Shown: positions 12,941-23,094 of the stretch, in pieces
How the letters are laid out: every line of letters starts with the position of its first letter
Numbering within the stretch: position 1 is the first letter of the stretch
DNA from: a phage
DNA length: 64,000 nucleotides
Sequence record: PZ445440.1
Strand: one strand, 5' to 3'
The notes under the pieces: generated by a model
Databases searched by the model: none
Told to the model about the DNA's origin: nothing
The model's input: the letters and a program-made list of their open reading frames with translations, nothing else
Made by a program: the position numbers and the translations under genes

Positions 12941-13143
12941 TTCTTCACCTTTTTGTTAATAAAACGTTTACGGTATACGACTTTTTCTTTTGCTTTAAAC
13001 TTTGACCGAGCTGTCTCGGCTTTAGTCCATAGTAATCCAACTTCTTTAGGTTGTAAACCAATTTTTTGAGCAATTTCTACGAATGAAAATCCCGCCTCAT
13101 GTAATGTATAAACTTCAACTTCAGCTCTCATAATCAATCCCAT
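12937..13143 (-). CDS. Hypothetical small protein, 68 aa, possible HTH, basic C-terminus
   Basis: segment FSFVEIAQKIGLQPKEV resembles a helix-turn-helix. Confidence 0.45.
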   Translation of the reverse strand: MGLIMRAEVEVYTLHEAGFSFVEIAQKIGLQPKEVGLLWTKAETARSKFKAKEKVVYRKRFINKKVKK

Positions 13144-13212
13144 ATTATTTGGTTTGTGCCATTATATACATCAATCTCAAGTTGTGTTTTGTATGCTTTA
13201 AAAACGAAGAAA

Positions 13213-13226
13213 GGGGCCGAAGCCCC
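13213..13226 (-). terminator. Hairpin GGGGCUUCGGCCCC downstream of hoc
   Basis: GC stem with UUCG loop on the - strand transcript, followed by U-rich tract. Confidence 0.6.
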
Positions 13227-13232
13227 TTACGA

Positions 13233-14363
13233 TTATGGATATGTATAGATGATACCAGTTTCCAAAGCAGTTTTATGGATGATGTATCCATTACGTGATT
13301 CTTGAACATCAACTTCTGGATAGTCTTTCATCATCTTCTGAAGAGTGTAACGATGCAGGTAGTATTTACTATCTGGATCTTCAGTTTTCCAATCTTTACC
13401 TTCTTCAGTCATTTTTTGGATTTCATCCATAACCCACCAACCACACCAGATGTAAGCTGAAGTACGATGTGGAAGAGGATGAACATAAGGTAGTTCACCT
13501 TCTGGTTCTGGAGCAACTTTATCAGTTACCTGAACTTGACCTTCTGCTGTAATAGTTTTGCTATCATAGTCATCTGCAGTAACGACGGCAGTCACTTCAA
13601 TAGTTTGACTTCCAATAGATGAGGTATCAACGGTATAAACATTAGTTGACCCTTCTACAGGAGAAGAATCTTTCTTCCATGAATAAGTAATTTGTGCCTG
13701 TTCCGGTGCATCAGTGACATTAGCGGTAAATGTAGCTGAAGCATCTTGCTGAACGTTAATAGAAGGAGGAGTCAATGTAACCTGTGGATTCATTTTCTTC
13801 TTATTAACCGTTAATGATACTTCATTCGAAGTAACTTCCTTTGCATCATAATCTGTCGCGGTTACTTGAGCCACACACTTAATTCTTTTTACCCCGCTTT
13901 CGGCAGGAGTGTAATTGAATGTAGCGTTAGTTGCTTCGCCCACAGGAGAACCGTCAACGTACCATTGATAAGTAGCGTTTGCGCCTGATGGCTGTGAAGC
14001 TAAAGCGGCAGTAAATTCAATAGCTGTTCCGATTACTCCAGCGCCAGGGCTATTAGGAGTTACAGCTAAGGTAGTCGTTTGTGTCTTGTTTTGAACTGTG
14101 ATAGTTGTAGAAGCTTCTGCTGTTTCAGCTTCAGCTTCTGGAACTGTATTTGTTGCAACTACTTTAATAGTCTTTTGACCTGCAGGTCCTTTTAGTACAT
14201 AACTAAAAGTTGCTTCAGCTCCATCTTGCGGAACATCATCTACAGTCCAAGCATATGTAATAGTTCCACCTCCAGTTTCACCACTGGGAGTAGCAGTAAA
14301 CTGCTTAGTCTCATCTATAACTCCAGTAGGGGTTTTAGGAGTTATATCAACTGTAAAAGCCAT
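13233..14363 (-). CDS. hoc: Highly immunogenic outer capsid protein Hoc (Ig-like repeats)
   Basis: 376 aa, same length as T4 Hoc; repeated T/V-rich Ig-like segments. Confidence 0.85.
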   Translation of the reverse strand: MAFTVDITPKTPTGVIDETKQFTATPSGETGGGTITYAWTVDDVPQDGAEATFSYVLKGPAGQKTIKVVATNTVPEAEAETAEASTTITVQNKTQTTTLAVTPNSPGAGVIGTAIEFTAALASQPSGANATYQWYVDGSPVGEATNATFNYTPAESGVKRIKCVAQVTATDYDAKEVTSNEVSLTVNKKKMNPQVTLTPPSINVQQDASATFTANVTDAPEQAQITYSWKKDSSPVEGSTNVYTVDTSSIGSQTIEVTAVVTADDYDSKTITAEGQVQVTDKVAPEPEGELPYVHPLPHRTSAYIWCGWWVMDEIQKMTEEGKDWKTEDPDSKYYLHRYTLQKMMKDYPEVDVQESRNGYIIHKTALETGIIYTYP

Positions 14364-14372
14364 AAGTTATCC

Positions 14373-15041
14373 TTATTTTAATGTTACGAAAGAAGAATTA
14401 CGAGTTTCACGAATTAGAACTGATCCATCGCGATTAATATAATAAATTAAGCTAAATAATGTTTGGTGAGCAGAAGCGTGCACAAAACTGGTTGGGCGAG
14501 ATTTCCAATCTGGAGTTTCGGCTATCCATTGATAAATCCACCAAGGAACAGTAACATATCCTGGGCCTTTGCCTAATTTAATGAGTGTAGGACTAAAATT
14601 TTCAGGCAGAACAAAATTTACTTCTTTATTTACTTCTGGCTCAGGCTCTTTTTCAGATTCAACAACCTGAGTAATTGCTTCTTCGAATTTATCATGGTCG
14701 AATTCTTTTTCTTGTTCGACAACTTCTAATACTTCAACTTGTTCTGTTGGAGAATCAAACAACAGAATAGCTTCTTCTTTAACTTCTTCATTGGTGAAAT
14801 TAACACCGTCCACATCATCTGCGGCAGTAATTAAATCAGTGATAGATAATCCATCAGTTTCAGGTAATGGTTCATCAGCCAGTGCGTTAAGAGCTTCTTC
14901 GATATCAATAACAATATTATCGAATGATTTTGATTTCTTAACACTAATGCCAAATTGTTCCGCGTATTCAAACAGTTTAGCTTTGGCTTCCTTTTTATCA
15001 GAAAGAGCACGTAACTCTTCAATATAGTCTTTATCGATCAT
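14373..15041 (-). CDS. inh: Inh, inhibitor of prohead protease
   Basis: 222 aa; syntenic between hoc and uvsW; acidic. Confidence 0.75.
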   Translation of the reverse strand: MIDKDYIEELRALSDKKEAKAKLFEYAEQFGISVKKSKSFDNIVIDIEEALNALADEPLPETDGLSITDLITAADDVDGVNFTNEEVKEEAILLFDSPTEQVEVLEVVEQEKEFDHDKFEEAITQVVESEKEPEPEVNKEVNFVLPENFSPTLIKLGKGPGYVTVPWWIYQWIAETPDWKSRPTSFVHASAHQTLFSLIYYINRDGSVLIRETRNSSFVTLK

Positions 15042-15054
15042 GATATTTCCTCAT

Positions 15055-15062
15055 TATAAATA
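15055..15062 (+). promoter_or_regulatory. Late promoter TATAAATA upstream of uvsW
   Basis: exact consensus. Confidence 0.6.
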
Positions 15063-15091
15063 TAACTATATTTATTACATGGTAATTTGAC

Positions 15092-16606
15092 ATGACTGAC
15101 ATTAAAGTACATTTTTATGATTTTAGTCACGTGCGCATTGAATGCGACGAAAGTACGTTTTACGAACTTCGTGACTTTTTTAGCTTTGAAGCTGACGGGT
15201 ATAAATTTAACCCAAAATATCGCTATGGGCAATGGGATGGTAGAATTCGACTTTTAGATTACAATCGTTTGTTACCATATGGACTTGTAGGACAAATAAA
15301 AAAGTTCTGTAACAATATGAGTTATTCTGTATGGATTGACCCTAAAATCTTTGAGACTGAAGACCTTACCAGGGAAGATTTTGACGCATGGCTTTCTAAA
15401 CAAGAAATTTATTCAGGCAACGCCAAAATCGAACCGCATTGGTATCAAAAAGATGCAGTATATGAAGGACTAGTTAATCGTCGTCGAATTTTAAACCTTC
15501 CGACATCAGCAGGTAAATCACTAATCCAAGCACTTTTAGCTCGGTATTATCTAGAGAACTATGAAGGTAAAATTCTCATTATCGTCCCTACAACAGCATT
15601 GACAACCCAGATGGCTAATGATTTTGTTGATTATCGCTTGTTTAGTCATTCGATGATTAAGAAAATTGGCGGTGGTGCCGATAAAGCGGACAAATCTAAA
15701 AACGACGCTCCAATTATTGTTGGCACATGGCAAACAGTAGTTAAGCAGCCTAAAGAATGGTTCTCTCAGTTCGGTATGATGATGAACGATGAATGCCACT
15801 TAGCAACAGGCAAAAGTATTTCTTCAATCATCTCAGGATTAAATAATTGCATGTTTAAATTCGGTTTATCCGGCTCATTAAGAGACGGAAAAGCCAATGT
15901 AATGCAGTACGTAGGCATGTTCGGCGAAATCTTCCGTCCTGTTAGCACGTCTAAATTAATGGAAGATGGACAGGTAACTGAGCTTAAGATTAATAGTATT
16001 TTCCTTCGTTATCCGGACGAATTCACCGTTAAATTAAAAGGTAAAACATACCAAGAAGAAGTTAAAATTATCACCGGACTAAAACGACGTACAAAGTGGA
16101 TTGCTCAACTTTCAGTCAAATTAGCTAAGAAAGACGAGAACGCCTTTGTAATGTTTAAACACGTTACGCACGGTAAAGAAATATTTGAAGCTATTAAAGA
16201 GCTTGGATACGAAAAAGTTTATTACGTATCAGGTGAAGTTGATACTGAAACACGTAACGCGCTTAAAGTCATGGCAGAAAATGGTAAAGGCATTATTATT
16301 GTCGCATCATATGGAGTATTCTCTACTGGTATTTCAGTCAAGAATCTTCATCATGTTATTTTTGCCCATGGTGTTAAATCAAAAATTATCGTACTTCAAA
16401 CCGTAGGTCGTGTGCTTCGTAAGCATGGTTCTAAAGCTGTTGCTACAGTTTGGGATCTCATCGACGATGCAGGTGTAAAACCTAAATCATTAAATACTAA
16501 AAAGAAGTATACTCATCTTAATTACTTGTTAAAACACGGTATTGATCGTATCCAACGTTACGCTGATGAGAAATTTAACTATGTAATGAAAACAATTAAT
16601 TTATAA
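15092..16606 (+). CDS. uvsW: UvsW RNA-DNA and DNA-DNA helicase (SF2)
   Basis: 504 aa; near-identical to recalled T4 UvsW; Walker A PTSAGKS, DECH box. Confidence 0.95.
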   Translation: MTDIKVHFYDFSHVRIECDESTFYELRDFFSFEADGYKFNPKYRYGQWDGRIRLLDYNRLLPYGLVGQIKKFCNNMSYSVWIDPKIFETEDLTREDFDAWLSKQEIYSGNAKIEPHWYQKDAVYEGLVNRRRILNLPTSAGKSLIQALLARYYLENYEGKILIIVPTTALTTQMANDFVDYRLFSHSMIKKIGGGADKADKSKNDAPIIVGTWQTVVKQPKEWFSQFGMMMNDECHLATGKSISSIISGLNNCMFKFGLSGSLRDGKANVMQYVGMFGEIFRPVSTSKLMEDGQVTELKINSIFLRYPDEFTVKLKGKTYQEEVKIITGLKRRTKWIAQLSVKLAKKDENAFVMFKHVTHGKEIFEAIKELGYEKVYYVSGEVDTETRNALKVMAENGKGIIIVASYGVFSTGISVKNLHHVIFAHGVKSKIIVLQTVGRVLRKHGSKAVATVWDLIDDAGVKPKSLNTKKKYTHLNYLLKHGIDRIQRYADEKFNYVMKTINL

Positions 16607-16632
16607 GGGCTTCGGCCCTTAGGAGATAAAAA

Positions 16633-16866
16633 ATGGTACTTGAATTTAAACAATTTTTATACGAAGCATCTATTGACGAATTCATGGGTAAAATTGCTAG
16701 TTGTCATACCTTAGAAGGGCTTGAAGAATTGGAAGCTTATTATAAGAAACGTATAAAAGAAACGGAATTAAAAGATACAGATGATATTTCTGTCAGGGAT
16801 GCCTTAGCAGGTAAGCGTGCCGAACTTGAAGGCGACGATGATGAGGATGTGGAAGAAGACTTCTAA
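16633..16866 (+). CDS. uvsW.1: UvsW.1 small acidic protein
   Basis: 77 aa immediately downstream of uvsW, as in T4. Confidence 0.7.
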   Translation: MVLEFKQFLYEASIDEFMGKIASCHTLEGLEELEAYYKKRIKETELKDTDDISVRDALAGKRAELEGDDDEDVEEDF

Positions 16867-16924
16867 TTAAAAAAAGGCCCGACCTTTTTGGAAGGGCCAA
16901 AAACCATAGGCAAAAAAGGTAACA

Positions 16925-17092
16925 CTATAGTAAAAGTTGGGTTTCATTCAATTGCTCTTCTGAACTTTCTGAAACCGGCAATTGTTGGACATAGTTATAA
17001 CAAGGACCAGGATGTGCTGGGCCTTTGTCTGTTTCAACAACCAATGCAGAATCGATTGGAGTTTTACAGACAACACAAATCTTATCTGACAT
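16925..17092 (-). CDS. uvsY.-2: UvsY.-2 homolog, 55 aa, Cys-rich (CxxC...C)
   Basis: hand-translated MSDKICVVCKTPIDSALVVETDKGPAHPGPCYNYVQQLPVSESSEEQLNETQLLL; below the 60-aa cutoff of the ORF track. Confidence 0.6.
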   Translation of the reverse strand: MSDKICVVCKTPIDSALVVETDKGPAHPGPCYNYVQQLPVSESSEEQLNETQLLL

Positions 17093-17121
17093 GATTGCCT
17101 CCTAAGTTGAAATTACATATC

Positions 17122-17129
17122 TATTTATA
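17122..17129 (-). promoter_or_regulatory. Late promoter (TATAAATA on - strand)
   Basis: TATTTATA on + strand, upstream of uvsY.-2. Confidence 0.5.
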
Positions 17130-17349
17130 CAACTCTCATATGCATATCAATGCCCATATCTTTAGAATAAAAATATTCATCAAGATATCCGGCAAATTTT
17201 CCTTTAATATAAAGGACATCTTCGCCACAAGGGTGGTCTGCCAGGATACGAATATCCTGACGACGTAGACGATACTTTTCCATTAAGAATTTAATTTCAG
17301 TTTCAAATTCTTCATCATTATTAAAGGCATCTTCAATTGAATAACGCAT
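17125..17349 (-). CDS. uvsY.-1: UvsY.-1 small protein
   Basis: 74 aa, immediately downstream of uvsY as in T4. Confidence 0.7.
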   Translation of the reverse strand: MRYSIEDAFNNDEEFETEIKFLMEKYRLRRQDIRILADHPCGEDVLYIKGKFAGYLDEYFYSKDMGIDMHMRVV

Positions 17350-17762
17350 TATTGCCCCGCTTCAAATTCTCGCATATCTTGAATATGTTTAAGTGCAAAA
17401 CTACGAGATTTAACTGCGTCAAGTGCACCACTACAGAACTCAAGTAAAATTCCCCAGTATTGTAAAGTAGTCTCTATTTTAAGCACATCTTTATCTGCAG
17501 CCAGGACAGTTTTCATTTCAGATTTCTCGTATCGGTCCATACTGAATTCATCACCGTCACCTCGTCCCGAGTAGTAGTCTAATCTTGCTTTTAGAGCAGT
17601 TTTCTTCTGAGTCTCTATACGCAACATTTCTTTACGAATAAATGAGTGCTTACGTAGCCATTTGCTGTATAACTTAACATTATTCGCTGTCTCATATTGC
17701 AACTTTGTCGTATCAATAGCTAAGTCTGCGTCTAACTCTTCCTGTAAATCTTCCAGCTTCAT
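17349..17762 (-). CDS. uvsY: UvsY recombination mediator protein
   Basis: 137 aa from internal Met (MKLEDLQEEL...); the 164-aa track ORF is an upstream extension. Confidence 0.9.
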   Translation of the reverse strand: MKLEDLQEELDADLAIDTTKLQYETANNVKLYSKWLRKHSFIRKEMLRIETQKKTALKARLDYYSGRGDGDEFSMDRYEKSEMKTVLAADKDVLKIETTLQYWGILLEFCSGALDAVKSRSFALKHIQDMREFEAGQ

Positions 17763-17842
17763 AATATTCTCTCTTTTAACTAATAATCTCCCGGCTGTAT
17801 CGGAAGGACCTAAAACCATTATACATAGGTTGCCTTGAAGCA

Positions 17843-18241
17843 TTACACTCTATTGCTTGATGCTAACTGAAGTTTGATTTGTTCGATATCATCAGGGTTA
17901 TCTACGACCGAAAATCTAATCTCTACTATAACTGTATAGTCATCATATACTGGCGTTACACTTACAGAAAGTTTGTCGATGCGTGGCTCATAGTTACGAA
18001 CAGCTGCCTGGATATTACGCTCAATCGTATCGGCTGTAAGTGGTGTCATGTTCTCGAAAAGTTCATCAACCAAATCGCATCCAAATTCAGGGTCGAAGGG
18101 GCGTGAGCCTTTTCTAGTTGTCACTATACCAAGAAGACTATTTTTAATAGAACGAAGTCCTACAGAACGAGCAACGTCCTTGTTCCAATCCATACGCATT
18201 TCTGGGTCGATATCTGAATAAAGTTTATTGATATTAGACAT
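17843..18241 (-). CDS. 25: Baseplate wedge protein gp25
   Basis: 132 aa, same as T4 gp25. Confidence 0.9.
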   Translation of the reverse strand: MSNINKLYSDIDPEMRMDWNKDVARSVGLRSIKNSLLGIVTTRKGSRPFDPEFGCDLVDELFENMTPLTADTIERNIQAAVRNYEPRIDKLSVSVTPVYDDYTVIVEIRFSVVDNPDDIEQIKLQLASSNRV

Positions 18242-18867
18242 TATAGTAACTCAAAGAATTCTTTGAGGCCTCGTATTGTGTGAACGTGTGACGCCCCACA
18301 TTTGGGACATTTAATAGGGGTTGCCAGATAAATTGATGGCGATACCAAAAGATTTTTAATATTGATCATGTCATCTTCTGTTATAAGGCCGTAAAGGTCG
18401 TTTATTTCTGCTTCAGTTAAATCTTCAACAGGGATGGACTCTCCATTGACAAAAACAGCCTCAATACATGAAGCAATCATTAATGCGATATTTTTATCAT
18501 CAAATAATTTAGGTTGACGGAACTTAATTTTAATACCACTAAACGAATACCAGGGATCGGCCTGTTCATCTAATTGAGTGTGCAATAAATTCATATAGAC
18601 TTGAAATGAATGCCCACAGGAACAATTCCAGGTGTGTTCTTGATTCACTTCACCTAACGAATGTGCCCACAGATTTACCAACAATAACTCGGCTTCTTGT
18701 TTAGTCAAGTTTTTAGCATTAGAGCAATTAGTGATAATATTGTTCACTGTTGATTCAATAGTACCGGTAGCCCGCGCACCTATGAGTCCTAAATATTCTT
18801 TTAAAGTAAAGGCTCTACAATTCACTTCTTTATCGCCTAAACGTACGGTAAACGTATATTTGTACAT
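18241..18867 (-). CDS. 26: Baseplate hub protein gp26
   Basis: 208 aa, same as T4 gp26. Confidence 0.9.
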   Translation of the reverse strand: MYKYTFTVRLGDKEVNCRAFTLKEYLGLIGARATGTIESTVNNIITNCSNAKNLTKQEAELLLVNLWAHSLGEVNQEHTWNCSCGHSFQVYMNLLHTQLDEQADPWYSFSGIKIKFRQPKLFDDKNIALMIASCIEAVFVNGESIPVEDLTEAEINDLYGLITEDDMINIKNLLVSPSIYLATPIKCPKCGASHVHTIRGLKEFFELL

Positions 18868-18885
18868 GTTAACTCCTTTATTGTG

Positions 18886-18897
18886 TATTTATAAATA
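18886..18897. promoter_or_regulatory. Overlapping divergent late promoters in palindrome TATTTATAAATA (genes 26/25 on -, gene 51 on +)
   Basis: TATTTATA 18886-18893 and TATAAATA 18890-18897. Confidence 0.6.
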
Positions 18898-18914
18898 ATA
18901 GAAAAGGAGTAATT

Positions 18915-19667
18915 ATGGCTAATATAATTCGTTGTAAATTACCGGATGGTGTTCATCGTTTCAAGCCGTTCACCGTGGCGGATTATAGAGACTTTTTACT
19001 AGTTAGAAATGATATCGAACATCGTTCACCACAAGAACAAAAAGAAATAATTGCCGATCTGATTGATGATTATTTTGACGAGTACCCTAAAACATGGCAA
19101 CCATTTATATTCCTGCAAGTTTTTGCAGGCTCTATAGGCAAAACAAAAGTTCCCGTTATTTTCACTTGCCCTAAATGCTCTAAAGAAAAAACTGCACCAT
19201 TTGAGATATATCAAAAAGAACTAGTCGAACCTGAACTTGATGTTGCTGGTATAAAAATACGTTTTTCTTTCCCTGAAAAGTTTTATGATAACAAGGCATT
19301 AATGATAAGTGAAAACATAAAAGAAATATATTATAATGGTGAATGGTATCCATGGAATGATTTGACTGAAGAGAACCAAATCCAAGTAATAGAAGCAATA
19401 GACATTGACTCGCTCGAGAAGGTTATTGCTTCTATGAACCCTATTAATTTGACCCTTAGATTAGGTTGTTGTGAACGTCATGTTAAAACATATACTGATA
19501 TCTTAGAGGTTTTTAAATTGTTAGTTAACCCTGATGAGATTTTTACATTCTATCAGATAAACCATTCACTAGTAAAGAGTCAATACACATTGGATTCTAT
19601 TATGCAAATGATTCCTGTTGAACGTGGTATTGCTTTAACATTAGTAGAAAAGGACCATAAAAAATGA
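18915..19667 (+). CDS. 51: Baseplate hub assembly catalyst gp51
   Basis: 250 aa, syntenic. Confidence 0.9.
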   Translation: MANIIRCKLPDGVHRFKPFTVADYRDFLLVRNDIEHRSPQEQKEIIADLIDDYFDEYPKTWQPFIFLQVFAGSIGKTKVPVIFTCPKCSKEKTAPFEIYQKELVEPELDVAGIKIRFSFPEKFYDNKALMISENIKEIYYNGEWYPWNDLTEENQIQVIEAIDIDSLEKVIASMNPINLTLRLGCCERHVKTYTDILEVFKLLVNPDEIFTFYQINHSLVKSQYTLDSIMQMIPVERGIALTLVEKDHKK

Positions 19668-20836
19668 CAGTATTCCAACGTCCAGGATATCCTAACTTAA
19701 GCGTTAAATTATATCAAGATTATTCGGCTTGGCAAGAAAATAGATACGTTGAACTCGCAGCAACAATAACAACTTTAACCATGCGAGATTCGCTATATGG
19801 AAGAAATGAAGGGATTCTTCAATTTTATGACACTAAAAACATCCACACTAAAATGGATGGTAGACAGATAGTCCAAATCTCTGTTTCAAATTCAAACACA
19901 CCTCTCCAAGTTAGAACTCGAATTTACGGATGTAGACATTATTCTGTGTCTGTGGACTCAAAAGGTGACAATATTATTGCAATTGAGCTTGGAACAATAC
20001 ATTCTATAGAGAACCTTAAATTTGGGCGACCATTCTTCCCAGACGCAGGAGAATCTATACGTGAAATGTTAGGTGTCATATATAAAGACCGTACGTTAAT
20101 TACTCCGCCAATAAACACTATTAATGCTTATGTTCCTGATATTCCTTGGACAAGCACATTTGATGATTATTTGGCATATGTCAGAGAATTAGGACTTGCT
20201 ACAGCGAGTGATAAGTTCGTATTCGTATGGCAAGATATTTTAGGCGTAAACATGATTGACTACGATACTCTTATTGGACAGGAAGGCATTAAGATGATTG
20301 TAGGCGAGCCAAATACCGTAGGTCAGTATATTCAAGAGCTTGAGTATCCATTAGTATGGGATTTCACCTGGATGACTAAAGCTAACCAATTTACAAGAGA
20401 CCCTATTAAAAACGCCACGATATTCGCCCATTCATTTTTAGATACATCTATTCCGGTTATTGTTACAGGCGATGGTGATAATGCTATTGTTGTGTCAAGA
20501 TCCGGTGGATATTCCGAAATGACCTATCGTAATGGATTTGAAGAAGCAAGTCGTCTTCAGACAATGGCCCAATATGACGGATATGCTAAATGCACTACTA
20601 CAGGCAATTTTAACATAACTCCTGCTACTAAAATTATATTTGTTGACCAAAAGAACCAATTCAAATCCGAATTTTACGTGGATGAAGTTATTCATGAGTT
20701 ATCAAATAACAACTCACAAACTCATCTGTACATGTTTACCAACTCAATGGTGTTAGAACCTGTTAACCCAGTTAAGGTTAAAAATGAACTTAAATCTGAT
20801 TCTACCTCTAAAGAAAATAATTCTACCGCAGTCTAA
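19664..20836 (+). CDS. 27: Baseplate hub protein gp27
   Basis: 390 aa, syntenic. Confidence 0.9.
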   Translation: MTVFQRPGYPNLSVKLYQDYSAWQENRYVELAATITTLTMRDSLYGRNEGILQFYDTKNIHTKMDGRQIVQISVSNSNTPLQVRTRIYGCRHYSVSVDSKGDNIIAIELGTIHSIENLKFGRPFFPDAGESIREMLGVIYKDRTLITPPINTINAYVPDIPWTSTFDDYLAYVRELGLATASDKFVFVWQDILGVNMIDYDTLIGQEGIKMIVGEPNTVGQYIQELEYPLVWDFTWMTKANQFTRDPIKNATIFAHSFLDTSIPVIVTGDGDNAIVVSRSGGYSEMTYRNGFEEASRLQTMAQYDGYAKCTTTGNFNITPATKIIFVDQKNQFKSEFYVDEVIHELSNNNSQTHLYMFTNSMVLEPVNPVKVKNELKSDSTSKENNSTAV

Positions 20837-21317
20837 TAAAAAGGTAATGATTCCTAAATTAGGGCTCAAACATTATAATCTTTTAAAGGACGTTAAAGGT
20901 CCTGACGAAAACATGAAAATCTTAGCTGATTCTATTTGTAAAAATATGAGTCCGGCAGATTTTGATTTTGCATGTCTACACATATTGGAATTTAATAACA
21001 AACTTAAGTCTGAAGTTGAAAAAGATGGATTCACTTATAAACTAGATGACGTCTATGTATGCCAACGAACAGAATTCCAATTTCAAGGTAATACTTTTTA
21101 TTTTAGACCCCCAGGCAAATTTGAACAATTCGCTACAATCAGTGAAATGCTATCAAATTGCTTAATAAAAGTTAATGACGAAGAGAAAGAAATTTCTTTC
21201 CTTGAGATGCCTGCTTTTGTAATCAAATGGGCAGAAGACCTTTCGACAACTATTGCTATTCCAGGCCCTAATGGCCCTATTAAGGGTATAGCAGAAATTA
21301 TTGGATTGCTTGAATGA
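20784..21317 (+). CDS. 28: Baseplate hub distal protein gp28
   Basis: 177 aa; overlaps end of gene 27 as in T4. Confidence 0.85.
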   Translation: MNLNLILPLKKIILPQSNKKVMIPKLGLKHYNLLKDVKGPDENMKILADSICKNMSPADFDFACLHILEFNNKLKSEVEKDGFTYKLDDVYVCQRTEFQFQGNTFYFRPPGKFEQFATISEMLSNCLIKVNDEEKEISFLEMPAFVIKWAEDLSTTIAIPGPNGPIKGIAEIIGLLE

Positions 21318-23086
21318 AACCTGAAGAAATGAAATCCATGCGTAGAAATAAGGTCATTGCCGATAATAAACCACAAAAAGTAGCTGCAACAGCAGCTACC
21401 GATTCATTAGAAGCATTGAATAACATTTCATCAAAACTAGACGATGTCCAAGCCGCGTCCGAACTCACATCACAAAGTGTAGAAGATAAAGGCAATGGAA
21501 TTATTGAATCAATTGGAGACTTAAAGAATTCGACAGATAATACTGCTGAAGGCACAGAGCTTATCGCAGAAGTTATTGAAAAACAAACTGAAGTCACTAA
21601 AAGTATAAACGAAGTTTCTAGTGCAATAAGCTCTAAGTTAGACCGATTAGCTACATTATTAGAGCAAAAATTACAAACATCTACCGCTGTTCAAAATACA
21701 GGAGGCACCTCTCTTGAAGTAATTGAGAACGCTATACCTGTTAAAGTGGTTGAGAATGAAACTTCTGATGAGTTGTTTAAAGCATTACCTACACCTGAAA
21801 AGATTGATAATAAGCCAGACGAAGATTTCTTCCCAGCCCCGGTTCAAGAAAGTGCTAATTCTACTTCCGATTCTAAAGGCGGAATTAGCTTTAAATTGAG
21901 CGATAAAATTGCAATGCTCACCAAAACAGTTCAAACCGGGTTTAATAAATCAATATCAATTTCAGACAGAATTGCTGGAATGCTTTTCAAATACACTATA
22001 ACGGCCGCTATTGAAGCAGCAAAAATGGCTGCGCTTATTCTTGGTATTGTTATCGGTATTGATTTATTGATAGTCCATTTCAAATATTGGACAGACAAAT
22101 TCACTTCTGCCTGGGATTTATTTGATGAAAACTTTACTAAATTCTCCGATGAAGCTAAAGAGTGGGGTAAATTCTTAAGTGATATATTCACTTCTATTGA
22201 CTCGATAAAACAATTGTGGGAAGCTGGAGACTGGGGTGGTTTAACCGTTGCTATTGTCAAAGGTGTAGGAACAGCATTAATGAACTTAGGTGAACTAATT
22301 CAATTAGGAATGGCTAAACTCTCCGCGTCTATATTGCGTGCTATAGGTTTTGGTGATACCGCAGACGAAATAGAAGGACGTGCTTTAGAAGGATTCCAAG
22401 AAACTACTGGGAACAAATTAAAGAAAGAAGACCAAGAGAAAGTCGCTAAATATCAAATGAAACGTGACGATGGGGAATTAGGAACCGTTTCTAAAGGTCT
22501 TGATATGTTACAACGCGGCAAAACATTCGTTACTAACTGGGTTCGTGGTAATGACAATAAAGAAGAGTTTAGTACAAGTGATGAGCGCGCTGCGGAATCA
22601 GCAAAATTAAAAGAGTTACCTGAAGAGGAACGTAAAGAGGCGTACATAAAAGCGAATGAAACTCGTGCTGCACTAGTTAGATTTGAGGATTATATCGATA
22701 AAATCGATATGACTAATCCGGAAAATGCTAAAAACGTCGAGAAGTCTTATGCTGATTTAAGTAAACTTATTAAAGACCCTGAACTTAATAAAACTCCTGT
22801 TGTTAAAAAGGAAATAGATGCTAGATTTGAAAAGCTAAATAATAAAATGGCTGAAGCCAAAAAGACTCAGACAACAGTTAAGCCTGAATCTTCGACTAAA
22901 TCTCCGGAAGCAAAACAAGTTCAGTCAATAGAGAAAGGACGTGCTTCTGAATCTAAACAACAGCAACCGGTAGCGGCGATTAGTAACACAAATAATGTCG
23001 TCAAAAAGAATACCGTAGTCCAGAATATGACCCCTGTAACAAGTACAACGGCTCCTGGAATTTTCCATGCTACCGGTGTTAATTAA
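21314..23086 (+). CDS. 29: Baseplate hub / tail length determinator gp29
   Basis: 590 aa, same as T4 gp29. Confidence 0.9.
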   Translation: MKPEEMKSMRRNKVIADNKPQKVAATAATDSLEALNNISSKLDDVQAASELTSQSVEDKGNGIIESIGDLKNSTDNTAEGTELIAEVIEKQTEVTKSINEVSSAISSKLDRLATLLEQKLQTSTAVQNTGGTSLEVIENAIPVKVVENETSDELFKALPTPEKIDNKPDEDFFPAPVQESANSTSDSKGGISFKLSDKIAMLTKTVQTGFNKSISISDRIAGMLFKYTITAAIEAAKMAALILGIVIGIDLLIVHFKYWTDKFTSAWDLFDENFTKFSDEAKEWGKFLSDIFTSIDSIKQLWEAGDWGGLTVAIVKGVGTALMNLGELIQLGMAKLSASILRAIGFGDTADEIEGRALEGFQETTGNKLKKEDQEKVAKYQMKRDDGELGTVSKGLDMLQRGKTFVTNWVRGNDNKEEFSTSDERAAESAKLKELPEEERKEAYIKANETRAALVRFEDYIDKIDMTNPENAKNVEKSYADLSKLIKDPELNKTPVVKKEIDARFEKLNNKMAEAKKTQTTVKPESSTKSPEAKQVQSIEKGRASESKQQQPVAAISNTNNVVKKNTVVQNMTPVTSTTAPGIFHATGVN

Positions 23087-23094
23087 GGATTATT

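Noticed and set aside
16888-17094. 68-aa + strand ORF downstream of uvsW.1
   Set aside because: Overlaps, in antisense, a minus-strand ORF with clear similarity to T4 uvsY.-2; no RBS; begins inside the terminator region.
17349-17843. 164-aa extended form of uvsY
   Set aside because: The extension overlaps gene 25. The internal Met gives the 137-aa length expected of UvsY.
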